Of a stretch of DNA of 64,000 nt, positions 43,401-55,700 are shown piece by piece; positions within the stretch are counted from its first letter, which is position 1; each line of letters opens with the position of its first letter. The notes under the pieces are model-generated. The model was not told where the DNA came from and made no database searches. It was given only the letters and a program-made list of their open reading frames with translations. Location of the stretch: assembly GCF_009914755.1 (NCBI RefSeq), contig NC_060928.1. The stretch is one strand, 5' to 3'. This DNA comes from the human T2T-CHM13v2.0 reference genome, Homo sapiens. The translations under genes and the position numbers were made by a program.

Positions 43401-46400
43401 TGCTTTGTGATGTTTCCATTCAAGTCACAGAGTTGAATATTCCCTTTTAGAGAGCACGTTTGAAACACTCTTTCTGCACTATCTGGAAGTGGACATTTCG
43501 AGCGCTTTGAGGCCTATGGTGAAAAAGGAAATATCTTCCCATAAAAACTAGACAGAAGCATTCTCAGAAACTTGTTTGTGATGTGTGTATTCAACTAACA
43601 GAGTTGAACTTTTGTTTTTACAGAGCCGTTTTAAAACACTCTTTTTGTGGAATCAGAAAGTGGATATTCGGATAGCTCTGAGGATTTCATTGGAAGCGGG
43701 ATTACATATAAAATCTAGAGAGAAGCATTCTCAGGAACTTCTTTGTGATGTTTGCATTGAAGTCACAGAATTGAACATTCACTTTGATAGAGCAGGTTTG
43801 AAACACTCATTCTGTAGTATCTGGAAGTGGACATTTCAAGCGCTTTCAGGCCTATGGTGAGAAAGGAAATATCTTCGAATAAAAACTAGACAGAAGCATC
43901 CTCAGAAACTTATTTGTGATGTGTGTCCTCAACTAACAGAGTTGAAACTTTGTTTTGATACAGCATTTTGGAAACACTCTTTTTGTAGAATCTGCAGGTG
44001 GATATTTGGATAGCTTAGAGGGATTCGTTGGAAAGGGGATATCTTCATATAAAATCTAGACAGAAGCATTCTCAGAAACTTATTTGTGATGTGTGTCCTC
44101 AACTAACAGAGTTGAACCTTGGTTTTGATACAGCATTTTGGAAACACTCCTTTTGTAGAATCTGCAGGTGGATATGTGGATAGCTCTGAAGATTTCGTTG
44201 GAAACGGGAATTTCTTCATAGAAAATCAAACAGAAGCATTCTCAGAAACTTCTCAGTGATGTTTGCATTCAGCTCATGGAGTTGAACACTTCCTTTCATA
44301 GAGCCGGTTTGAAACACTCTTTCTGCACTACCTGGAAGAGGACATTTCGAGCGCTTTGAGTCCTATGGTGAAAAAGGAAATATCTTCTCATAAAAACCAG
44401 AAAGAAGCATTCTCAGAAACTTCTTTGTGTTGTGTGTACTCATGTAACAGTGTTGAACCATCCTTTTGACAGAGCAGTTTTGAAACACTCTTTTTGTAGA
44501 ATCTGCAAGTGGATATTTGGATAGCTTTGAGGATTTCGTTGGAAACGGGATGACATATAATATCTAGAGAGAAGCATTCTCAGGAACTTCTTTGTGATGT
44601 TTGCATTCAAGTCACAGAATTGAACATTCCCTTTCATAGAGCAGGTTTGAAACACTCTTTCTCTAGTATCTGGAAGTGGGCATTTCAAGCGCTTTCAGGC
44701 CTATGGAGAGAAAGGAAATACCTTCAAATAAAAACTAGACAGAAGCATTCTCAGAAACTTATTTGTGATGTGTGTCCTCAACTAACAGAGTTGAACCTTT
44801 GTTTTGATACAGCATTTTGGAAACACTCCTTTTGTAGAATCTGCAGGTGGATATTTGGATAACTTTGAAGATTTCGTTGGAAACCGGAATATCTTCATAT
44901 AAAATCAAGACAGAAGCATTCTCGGAAACATCTCTGTGATGTTTGCATTCAACTCAGTAGAGTTGAACACTTCCTCTCATAGAGCAGGTTTGAAACACTC
45001 TTTCTGCACTACCTGGAAGCGGACATTTCGAGCGCTTTGAGGCCTATGGTGAAAAAGGAAATATCTTCTCATAAAAACCAGAAAGAAGCATTCTCAGAAA
45101 CTTCTTTGTGTTGTGTGTACTCAAGTAACAGTGTTGAACCTTCCTTTTGACACAGCAGTTTTGAAACACTCTTTTGGTAGAATCTGCAAGTGGATATTTG
45201 GATAGCTTTGAGGATTTCGTTGGAAACGGGTTATCTTCATATAAAATCCAGACAGGAGCATTCTCAGAAACTTCTTTGTGCTGCATGTCCTCAATTCACA
45301 GAGCTGAACCTTTGTTTGGATACAGCATTTTGGAGACATTCCTTTAGTAGAATCTGCAAGTTGATATTTAGATAGCTTTGAAGATTTCGTTGGAAACGGG
45401 AATATCTTCATAGAAAATCTAGACGGAAGCATTCTCAGAAACTGCTTTGTGATGTTTGCATTCAAGTCACAGAGTTGAATATTCCCTTTTATAGAGTAGG
45501 TTTGAAACACTCTTTTGGCACTACCTGGAAGTGGATATTTCGAGCTCTTTGAGGCCTATGGTTAAAAGGAAATATCTTCCCATAAAAACTAGACAGAAGC
45601 CGTCTCAGAAACTTGTTTGTGATGTGTGTATTCAACTAACAGAGTTGAACATTTCTGTTACAGAGCAATTTTAAAACACTCTTTTTGTGGAATCTGAAAG
45701 TGGATAATTGGATAGCTTTGTGGATTTCGTTGGAAACGGGATGACGTATAAAATCTAGAGAGAAGCATTCTCAGGAACTTCTTTCTGATGTTTGCATTCA
45801 AGTCACAGAATTGAACATTCCTTTTCATAGTGCAGGTTTGAAACACTCTTTCTGTAGTATCTGGAAGTGGACATTTCAAGCGCTTTCAGGCCTACGGGGA
45901 GAAAGGAAATATCTTCAAATAAAAACTAGACAGAAGGATTCTCAGAAACTTATTTGTGATGTGTGTCCTAAACGAACACAGTTGAACCTTTGTTTTGATA
46001 CAGCATTTTGGAAACACTCCTTTTGTAGGATCTGCAGGTGGATATTTGGATAGATTTTAAGATTTCGTTGGAAACGGGAGTTTCTTCATAGAAACTCAAG
46101 ACAGATGCATTCTCAGAAACATCTCTGTGATGTTTGCATTCCACTCATAGAGTTGAAAACTTCCTTTCATAGAGCAGGTTTGAAACACTCTTTTTGTAAT
46201 ATTTGGAAGTGGACATTTGCAGCGCTTTGAGGCCTATGGTGAAAAAGGAAATATCTTCTCATAAAAACCAGAAACAAGCATTCTCGGAAACTTCTTTTTG
46301 ATGTGTGTAGTCAAGTAACAGAGTTGAACCTTCCTTTTGACACAGCAGTTTTGAAACAATCTTTTTGTAGAATCTGCAAGTGGATATTTGGATAGCTTTG

Positions 46401-47639
46401 AGGATTTCGTTGGAAACGGGATATCTTCATATAAAATCTAGACAGAAGCATTCTCAGAAACTTCTTTGTGCTGTATGTCCTCAATTAACAGAGTTGAACC
46501 ATTGCTTGGATACAGCATTTTGGAAACATTCCTTGAGTAGAATCTGCAAGTTGATATTTAGATAGATTTGAAGATTTCGTTGGAAAAGGGAATATCTCCA
46601 TATAAAATCTAGAGGGAAGCATTCTCAGAAACTGCTTTGTGATGTTTCCATTCAAGTCACAGAGTTGAATATTCCCTTTTATAGAGCACGTTTGAAACAC
46701 TCTTTCTGCACTATCTGGAAGTGGACATTTCGAGCGCTTTGAGGCCTATGGTGAAAAAGGAAATATCTTCCCATAAAAACTAGACAGAAGCATTCTCAGA
46801 AACTTGTTTGTGATGTGTGTATTCAACTAACAGAGTTGAACTTTTGTTTTTACAGAGCCGTTTTAAAACACTCTTTTTGTGGAATCAGAAAGTGGATATT
46901 CGGATGGCTCTGAGGATTTCGTTGGAAGCGGGATTACATATAAAATCTAGAGAGAAGCATTCTCAGGAACTTCTTTGTGATGTTTGCATTGAAGTCACAG
47001 AATTGAACATTCACTTTGATAGAGCAGGTTTGAAACACTCATTCTGTAGTATCTGGAAGTGGACATTTCAAGCGCTTTCAGGCCTATGGTGAGAAAGGAA
47101 ATATCTTCGAATAAAAACTAGACAGAAGCATCCTCAGAAACTTATTTGTGATGTGTGTCCTCAACTAACAGAGTTGAAACTTTGTTTTGATACAGCATTT
47201 TGGAAACACTCTTTTTGTAGAATCTGCAGGTGGATATTTGGATAGCTTAGAGGGATTCGTTGGAAAGGGGATATCTTCATATAAAATCTAGACAGAAGCA
47301 TTCTCAGAAACTTATTTGTGATGTGTGTCCTCAACTAACAGAGTTGAACCTTGGTTTTGATACAGCATTTTGGAAACACTCCTTTTGTAGAATCTGCAGG
47401 TGGATATGTGGATAGCTCTGAAGATTTCGTTGGAAACGGGAATTTCTTCATATAAAATCAAACAGAAGCATTCTCAGAAACTTCTCAGTGATGTTTGCAT
47501 TCAGCTCATGGAGTTGAACACTTCCTTTCATAGAGCCGGTTTGAAACACTCTTTCTGCACTACCTGGAAGAGGACATTTCGAGCGCTTTGAGTCCTATGG
47601 TGAAAAAGGAAATATCTTCTCATAAAAACCAGAAAGAAG
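31479..47639 (+). repeat. Five canonical 19-mer HORs (starts 31479, 34711, 37944, 41176, 44408)
   Basis: Period is 3,232 bp. One copy is 3,233 bp because of an extra T in the run at about 36665-36670. Confidence 0.93.
36879..36895 (+). promoter_or_regulatory. Extra intact CENP-B box in monomer m, which is normally degenerate
   Basis: Reads TTTCGTTGGAAACGGGA here, versus TTTCGTTGGAAAAGGGA in the other m copies I read (e.g. 658, 33647, 61373). Confidence 0.88.
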
Positions 47640-50600
47640 CATTCTCAGAAACTTCTTTGTGTTGTGTGTACTCAAGTAACAGTGTTGAACCTTCCTTTTG
47701 ACACAGCAGTTTTGAAACACTCTTTTGGTAGAATCTGCAAGTGGATATTTGGATAGCTTTGAGGATTTCGTTGGAAACGGGTTATCTTCATATAAAATCC
47801 AGACAGGAGCATTCTCAGAAACTTCTTTGTGCTGCATGTCCTCAATTCACAGAGCTGAACCTTTGTTTGGATACAGCATTTTGGAAACATTCCTTTAGTA
47901 GAATCTGCAAGTTGATATTTAGATAGCTTTGAAGATTTCGTTGGAAACGGGAATATCTTCATAGAAAATCTAGACGGAAGCATTCTCAGAAACTGCTTTG
48001 TGATGTTTGCATTCAAGTCACAGAGTTGAATATTCCCTTTTATAGAGTAGGTTTGAAACACTCTTTCGGCACTACCTGGAAGTGGATATTTCGAGCTCTT
48101 TGAGGCCTATGGTTAAAAGGAAATATCTTCCCATAAAAACTAGACAGAAGCCGTCTCAGAAACTTGTTTGTGATGTGTGTATTCAACTAACAGAGTTGAA
48201 CATTTCTGTTACAGAGCAATTTTAAAACACTCTTTTTGTGGAATCTGAAAGTGGATAATTGGATAGCTTTGTGGATTTCGTTGGAAACGGGATGACGTAT
48301 AAAATCTAGAGAGAAGCATTCTCAGGAACTTCTTTCTGATGTTTGCATTCAAGTCACAGAATTGAACATTCCTTTTCATAGTGCAGGTTTGAAACACTCT
48401 TTCTGTAGTATCTGGAAGTGGACATTTCAAGCGCTTTCAGGCCTACGGGGAGAAAGGAAATATCTTCAAATAAAAACTAGACAGAAGGATTCTCAGAAAC
48501 TTATTTGTGATGTGTGTCCTAAACGAACACAGTTGAACCTTTGTTTTGATACAGCATTTTGGAAACACTCCTTTTGTAGGATCTGCAGGTGGATATTTGG
48601 ATAGATTTTAAGATTTCGTTGGAAACGGGAGTTTCTTCATAGAAACTCAAGACAGATGCATTCTCAGAAACATCTCTGTGATGTTTGCATTCCACTCATA
48701 GAGTTGAAAACTTCCTTTCATAGAGCAGGTTTGAAACACTCTTTTTGTAATATTTGGAAGTGGACATTTTCAGCGCTTTGAGGCCTATGGTGAAAAAGGA
48801 AATATCTTCTCATAAAAACCAGAAACAAGCATTCTCAGAAACTTCTTTTTGATGTGTGTACTCAAGTAACAGAGTTGAACCTTCCTTTTGACACAGCAGT
48901 TTTGAAACAATCTTTTTGTAGAATCTGCAAGTGGATATTTGGATAGCTTTGAGGATTTCGTTGGAAACGGGATATCTTCATATAAAATCTAGACAGAAGC
49001 ATTCTCAGAAACTTCTTTGTGCTGTATGTCCTCAATTAACAGAGTTGAACCATTGCTTGGATACAGCATTTTGGAAACATTCCTTGAGTAGAATCTGCAA
49101 GTTGATATTTAGATAGATTTGAAGATTTCGTTGGAAAAGGGAATATCTCCATATAAAATCTAGAGGGAAGCATTCTCAGAAACTGCTTTGTGATGTTTCC
49201 ATTCAAGTCACAGAGTTGAATATTCCCTTTTATAGAGCACGTTTAAAACACTCTTTCTGCACTATCTGGAAGTGGACATTTCGAGCGCTTTGAGGCCTAT
49301 GGTGAAAAAGGAAATATCTTCCCATAAAAACTAGACAGAAGCATTCTCAGAAACTTGTTTGTGATGTGTGTATTCAACTAACAGAGTTGAACTTTTGTTT
49401 TTACAGAGCCGTTTTAAAACACTCTTTTTGTGGAATCAGAAAGTGGATATTCGGATGGCTCTGAGGATTTCGTTGGAAGCGGGATTACATATAAAATCTA
49501 GAGAGAAGCATTCTCAGGAACTTCTTTGTGATGTTTGCATTGAAGTCACAGAATTGAACATTCACTTTGATAGAGCAGGTTTGAAACACTCATTCTGTAG
49601 TATCTGGAAGTGGACATTTCAAGCGCTTTCAGGCCTATGGTGAGAAAGGAAATATCTTCGAATAAAAACTAGACAGAAGCATCCTCAGAAACTTATTTGT
49701 GATGTGTGTCCTCAACTAACAGAGTTGAAACTTTGTTTTGATACAGCATTTTGGAAACACTCTTTTTGTAGAATCTGCAGGTGGATATTTGGATAGCTTA
49801 GAGGGATTCGTTGGAAAGGGGATATCTTCATATAAAATCTAGACAGAAGCATTCTCAGAAACTTATTTGTGATGTGTGTCCTCAACTAACAGAGTTGAAC
49901 CTTGGTTTTGATACAGCATTTTGGAAACACTCCTTTTGTAGAATCTGCAGGTGGATATGTGGATAGCTCTGAAGATTTCGTTGGAAACGGGAATTTCTTC
50001 ATATAAAATCAAACAGAAGCATTCTCAGAAACTTCTCAGTGATGTTTGCATTCAGCTCATGGAGTTGAACACTTCCTTTCATAGAGCCGGTTTGAAACAC
50101 TCTTTCTGCACTACCTGGAAGAGGACATTTCGAGCGCCTTGACTCCTATGGTGAAAAAGGAAATATCTTCTCATAAAAACCAGAAAGAAGCATTCTCAGA
50201 AACTTCTTTGTGTTGTGTGTACTCATGTAACAGTGTTGAACCTTCCTTTTGACACAGCAGTTTTGAAACACTCTTTTGGTAGAATCTGCAAGTGGATATT
50301 TGGATAGCTTTGAGGATTTCGTTGGAAACGGGTTATCTTCATATAAAATCCAGACAGGAGCATTCTCAGAAACTTCTTTGTGCTGCATGTCCTCAATTCA
50401 CAGAGCTGAACCTTTGTTTGGATACAGCATTTTGGAAACATTCCTTTAGTAGAATCTGCAAGTTGATATTTAGATAGCTTTGAAGATTTCGTTGGAAACG
50501 GGAATATCTTCATAGAAAATCTAGACGGAAGCATTCTCAGAAACTGCTTTGTGATGTTTGCATTCAAGTCACAGAGTTGAATATTCCCTTTTATAGAGTA

Positions 50601-52741
50601 GGTTTGAAACACTCTTTCGCCACTACCTGGAAGTGGATATTTCGAGCTCTTTGAGGCCTATGGTTAAAAGGAAATATCTTCCCATAAAAACTAGACAGAA
50701 GCCGTCTCAGAAACTTGTTTGTGATGTGTGTATTCAACTAACAGAGTTGAACATTTCTGTTACAGAACAATTTTAAAACACTCTTTTTGTGGAATCTGAA
50801 AGTGGATAATTGGATAGCTTTGTGGATTTCGTTGGAAACGGGATGACGTATAAAATCTAGAGAGAAGCATTCTCAGGAACTTCTTTCTGATGTTTGCATT
50901 CAAGTCACAGAATTGAACATTCCTTTTCATAGTGCAGGTTTGAAACACTCTTTCTGTAGTATCTGGAAGTGGACATTTCAAGCGCTTTCAGGCCTACGGG
51001 GAGAAAGGAAATATCTTCAAATAAAAACTAGACAGAAGGATTCTCAGAAACTTATTTGTGATGTGTGTCCTAAACGAACACAGTTGAACCTTTGTTTTGA
51101 TACAGCATTTTGGAAACACTCCTTTTGTAGGATCTGCAGGTGGATATTTGGATAGATTTTAAGATTTCGTTGGAAACGGGAGTTTCTTCATAGAAACTCA
51201 AGACAGATGCATTCTCAGAAACATCTCTGTGATGTTTGCATTCCACTCATAGAGTTGAAAACTTCCTTTCATAGAGCAGGTTTGAAACACTCTTTTTGTA
51301 ATATTTGGAAGTGGACATTTGCAGCGCTTTGAGGCCTATGGTGAAAAAGGAAATATCTTCTCATAAAAACCAGAAACAAGCATTCTCAGAAACTTCTTTT
51401 TGATGTGTGTACTCAAGTAACAGAGTTGAACCTTCCTTTTGACACAGCAGTTTTGAAACAATCTTTTTGTAGAATCTGCAAGTGGATATTTGGATAGCTT
51501 TGAGGATTTCGTTGGAAACGGGATATCTTCATATAAAATCTAGACAGAAGCATTCTCAGAAACTTCTTTGTGCTGTATGTCCTCAATTAACAGAGTTGAA
51601 CCATTGCTTGGATACAGCATTTTGGAAACATTCCTTGAGTAGAATCTGCAAGTTGATATTTAGATAGATTTGAAGATTTCGTTGGAAAAGGGAATATCTC
51701 CATATAAAATCTAGAGGGAAGCATTCTCAGAAACTGCTTTGTGATGTTTCCATTCAAGTCACAGAGTTGAATATTCCCTTTTATAGAGCACGTTTGAAAC
51801 ACTCTTTCTGCACTATCTGGAAGTGGACATTTCGAGCGCTTTGAGGCCTATGGTGAAAAAGGAAATATCTTCCCATAAAAACTAGACAGAAGCATTCTCA
51901 GAAACTTGTTTGTGATGTGTGTATTCAACTAACAGAGTTGAACTTTTGTTTTTACAGAGCCGTTTTAAAACACTCTTTTTGTGGAATCAGAAAGTGGATA
52001 TTCGGATGGCTCTGAGGATTTCGTTGGAAGCGGGATTACATATAAAATCTAGAGAGAAGCATTCTCAGGAACTTCTTTGTGATGTTTGCATTGAAGTCAC
52101 AGAATTGAACATTCACTTTGATAGAGCAGGTTTGAAACACTCATTCTGTAGTATCTGGAAGTGGACATTTCAAGCGCTTTCAGGCCTATGGTGAGAAAGG
52201 AAATATCTTCGAATAAAAACTAGACAGAAGCATCCTCAGAAACTTATTTGTGATGTGTGTCCTCAACTAACAGAGTTGAAACTTTGTTTTGATACAGCAT
52301 TTTGGAAACACTCTTTTTGTAGAATCTGCAGGTGGATATTTGGATAGCTTAGAGGGATTCGTTGGAAAGGGGATATCTTCATATAAAATCTAGACAGAAG
52401 CATTCTCAGAAACTTATTTGTGATGTGTGTCCTCAACTAACAGAGTTGAACCTTGGTTTTGATACAGCATTTTGGAAACACTCCTTTTGTAGAATCTGCA
52501 GGTGGATATGTGGATAGCTCTGAAGATTTCGTTGGAAACGGGAATTTCTTCATATAAAATCAAACAGAAGCATTCTCAGAAACTTCTCAGTGATGTTTGC
52601 ATTCAGCTCATGGAGTTGAACACTTCCTTTCATAGAGCCGGTTTGAAACACTCTTTCTGCACTACCTGGAAGAGGACATTTCGAGCGCTTTGAGTCCTAT
52701 GGTGAAAAAGGAAATATCTTCTCATAAAAACCAGAAAGAAG
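47640..52741 (+). repeat. Two tandem 15-mer variant HORs (47640-50190, 50191-52741)
   Basis: Marker spacing 46380->48931->51482 is 2,551 for each step. Confidence 0.92.
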
Positions 52742-55700
52742 CATTCTCAGAAACTTCTTTGTGTTGTGTGTACTCATGTAACAGTGTTGAACCATCCTTT
52801 TGACAGAGCAGTTTTGAAACACTCTTTTTGTAGAATCTGCAAGTGGATATTTGGATAGCTTTGAGGATTTCGTTGGAAACGGGATGACATATAATATCTA
52901 GAGAGAAGCATTCTCAGGAACTTCTTTGTGATGTTTGCATTCAAGTCACAGAATTGAACATTCCCTTTCATAGAGCAGGTTTGAAACACTCTTTCTCTAG
53001 TATCTGGAAGTGGGCATTTCAAGCGCTTTCAGGCCTATGGAGAGAAAGGAAATACCTTCAAATAAAAACTAGACAGAAGCATTCTCAGAAACTTATTTGT
53101 GATGTGTGTCCTCAACTAACAGAGTTGAACCTTTGTTTTGATACAGCATTTTGGAAACACTCCTTTTGTAGAATCTGCAGGTGGATATTTGGATAACTTT
53201 GAAGATTTCGTTGGAAACCGGAATATCTTCATATAAAATCAAGACAGAAGCATTCTCGGAAACATCTCTGTGATGTTTGCATTCAACTCAGTAGAGTTGA
53301 ACACTTCCTTCCATAGAGCCGGTTTGAAACACTCTTTCTGCACTACCTGGAAGCGGACATTTCGAGCGCTTTGAGGCCTATGGTGAAAAAGGAAATATCT
53401 TCTCATAAAAACCAGAAAGAAGCATTCTCAGAAACTTCTTTGTGTTGTGTGTACTCAAGGAACAGTGTTGAACCTTCCTTTTGACACAGCAGTTTTGAAA
53501 CACTCTTTTGGTAGAATCTGCAAGTAGATATTTGGATAGCTTTGAGGATTTCGTTGGAAACGGGTTATCTTCATATAAAATCCAGACAGGAGCATTCTCA
53601 GAAACTTCTTTGTGCTGCATGTCCTCAATTCACAGAGCTGAACCTTTGTTTGGATACAGCATTTTGGAAACATTCCTTTAGTAGAATCTGCAAGTTGATA
53701 TTTAGATAGCTTTGAAGATTTCGTTGGAAACGGGAATATCTTCATAGAAAATCTAGACGGAAGCATTCTCAGAAACTGCTTTGTGATGTTTGCATTCAAG
53801 TCACAGAGTTGAATATTCCCTTTTATAGAGTAGGTTTGAAACACTCTTTTGGCACTACCTGGAAGTGGATATTTCGAGCTCTTTGAGGCCTATGGTTAAA
53901 AGGAAATATCTTCCCATAAAAACTAGACAGAAGCCGTCTCAGAAACTTGTTTGTGATGTGTGTATTCAACTACCAGAGTTGAACATTTCTGTTACAGAGC
54001 AATTTTAAAACACTCTTTTTGTGGAATCTGAAAGTGGATAATTGGATAGCTTTGTGGATTTCGTTGGAAACGGGATGACGTATAAAATCTAGAGAGAAGC
54101 ATTCTCAGGAACTTCTTTCTGATGTTTGCATTCAAGTCACAGAATTGAACATTCCTTTTCATAGTGCAGGTTTGAAACACTCTTTCTGTAGTAACTGGAA
54201 GTGGACATTTCAAGCGCTTTCAGGCCTACGGGGAGAAAGGAAATATCTTCAAATAAAAACTAGACAGAAGGATTCTCAGAAACTTATTTGTGATGTGTGT
54301 CCTAAACGAACACAGTTGAACCTTTGTTTTGATACAGCATTTTGGAAACACTCCTTTTGTAGGATCTGCAGGTGGATATTTGGATAGATTTTAAGATTTC
54401 GTTGGAAACGGGAGTTTCTTCATAGAAACTCAAGACAGATGCATTCTCAGAAACATCTCTGTGATGTTTGCATTCCACTCATAGAGTTGAAAACTTCCTT
54501 TCATAGAGCAGGTTTGAAACACTCTTTTTGTAATATTTGGAAGTGGACATTTGCAGCGCTTTGAGGCCTATGGTGAAAAAGGAAATATCTTCTCATAAAA
54601 ACCAGAAACAAGCATTCTCGGAAACTTCTTTTTGATGTGTGTAGTCAAGTAACAGAGTTGAACCTTCCTTTTGACACAGCAGTTTTGAAACAATCTTTTT
54701 GTAGAATCTGCAAGTGGATATTTGGATAGCTTTGAGGATTTCGTTGGAAACGGGATATCTTCATATAAAATCTAGACAGAAGCATTCTCAGAAACTTCTT
54801 TGTGCTGTATGTCCTCAATTAACAGAGTTGAACCATTGCTTGTATACAGTATTTTGGAAACATTCCTTGAGTAGAATCTGCAAGTTGATATTTAGATAGA
54901 TTTGAAGATTTCGTTGGAAAAGGGAATATCTCCATATAAAATCTAGAGGGAAGCATTCTCAGAAACTGCTTTGTGATGTTTCCATTCAAGTCACAGAGTT
55001 GAATATTCCCTTTTAGAGAGCACGTTTGAAACACTCTTTCTGCACTATCTGGAAGTGGACATTTCGAGCGCTTTGAGGCCTATGGTGAAAAAGGAAATAT
55101 CTTCCCATAAAAACTAGACAGAAGCATTCTCAGAAACTTGTTTGTGATGTGTGTATTCAACTAACAGAGTTGAACTTTTGTTTTTACAGAGCCGTTTTAA
55201 AACACTCTTTTTGTGGAATCAGAAAGTGGATATTCGGATGGCTCTGAGGATTTCGTTGGAAGCGGGATTACATATAAAATCTAGAGAGAAGCATTCTCAG
55301 GAACTTCTTTGTGATGTTTGCATTGAAGTCACAGAATTGAACATTCACTTTGATAGAGCAGGTTTGAAACACTCATTCTGTAGTATCTGGAAGTGGACAT
55401 TTCAAGCGCTTTCAGGCCTATGGTGAGAAAGGAAATATCTTCGAATAAAAACTAGACAGAAGCATCCTCAGAAACTTATTTGTGATGTGTGTCCTCAACT
55501 AACAGAGTTGAAACTTTGTTTTGATACAGCATTTTGGAAACACTCTTTTTGTAGAATCTGCAGGTGGATATTTGGATAGCTTAGAGGGATTCGTTGGAAA
55601 GGGGATATCTTCATATAAAATCTAGACAGAAGCATTCTCAGAAACTTATTTGTGATGTGTGTCCTCAACTAACAGAGTTGAACCTTGGTTTTGATACAGC

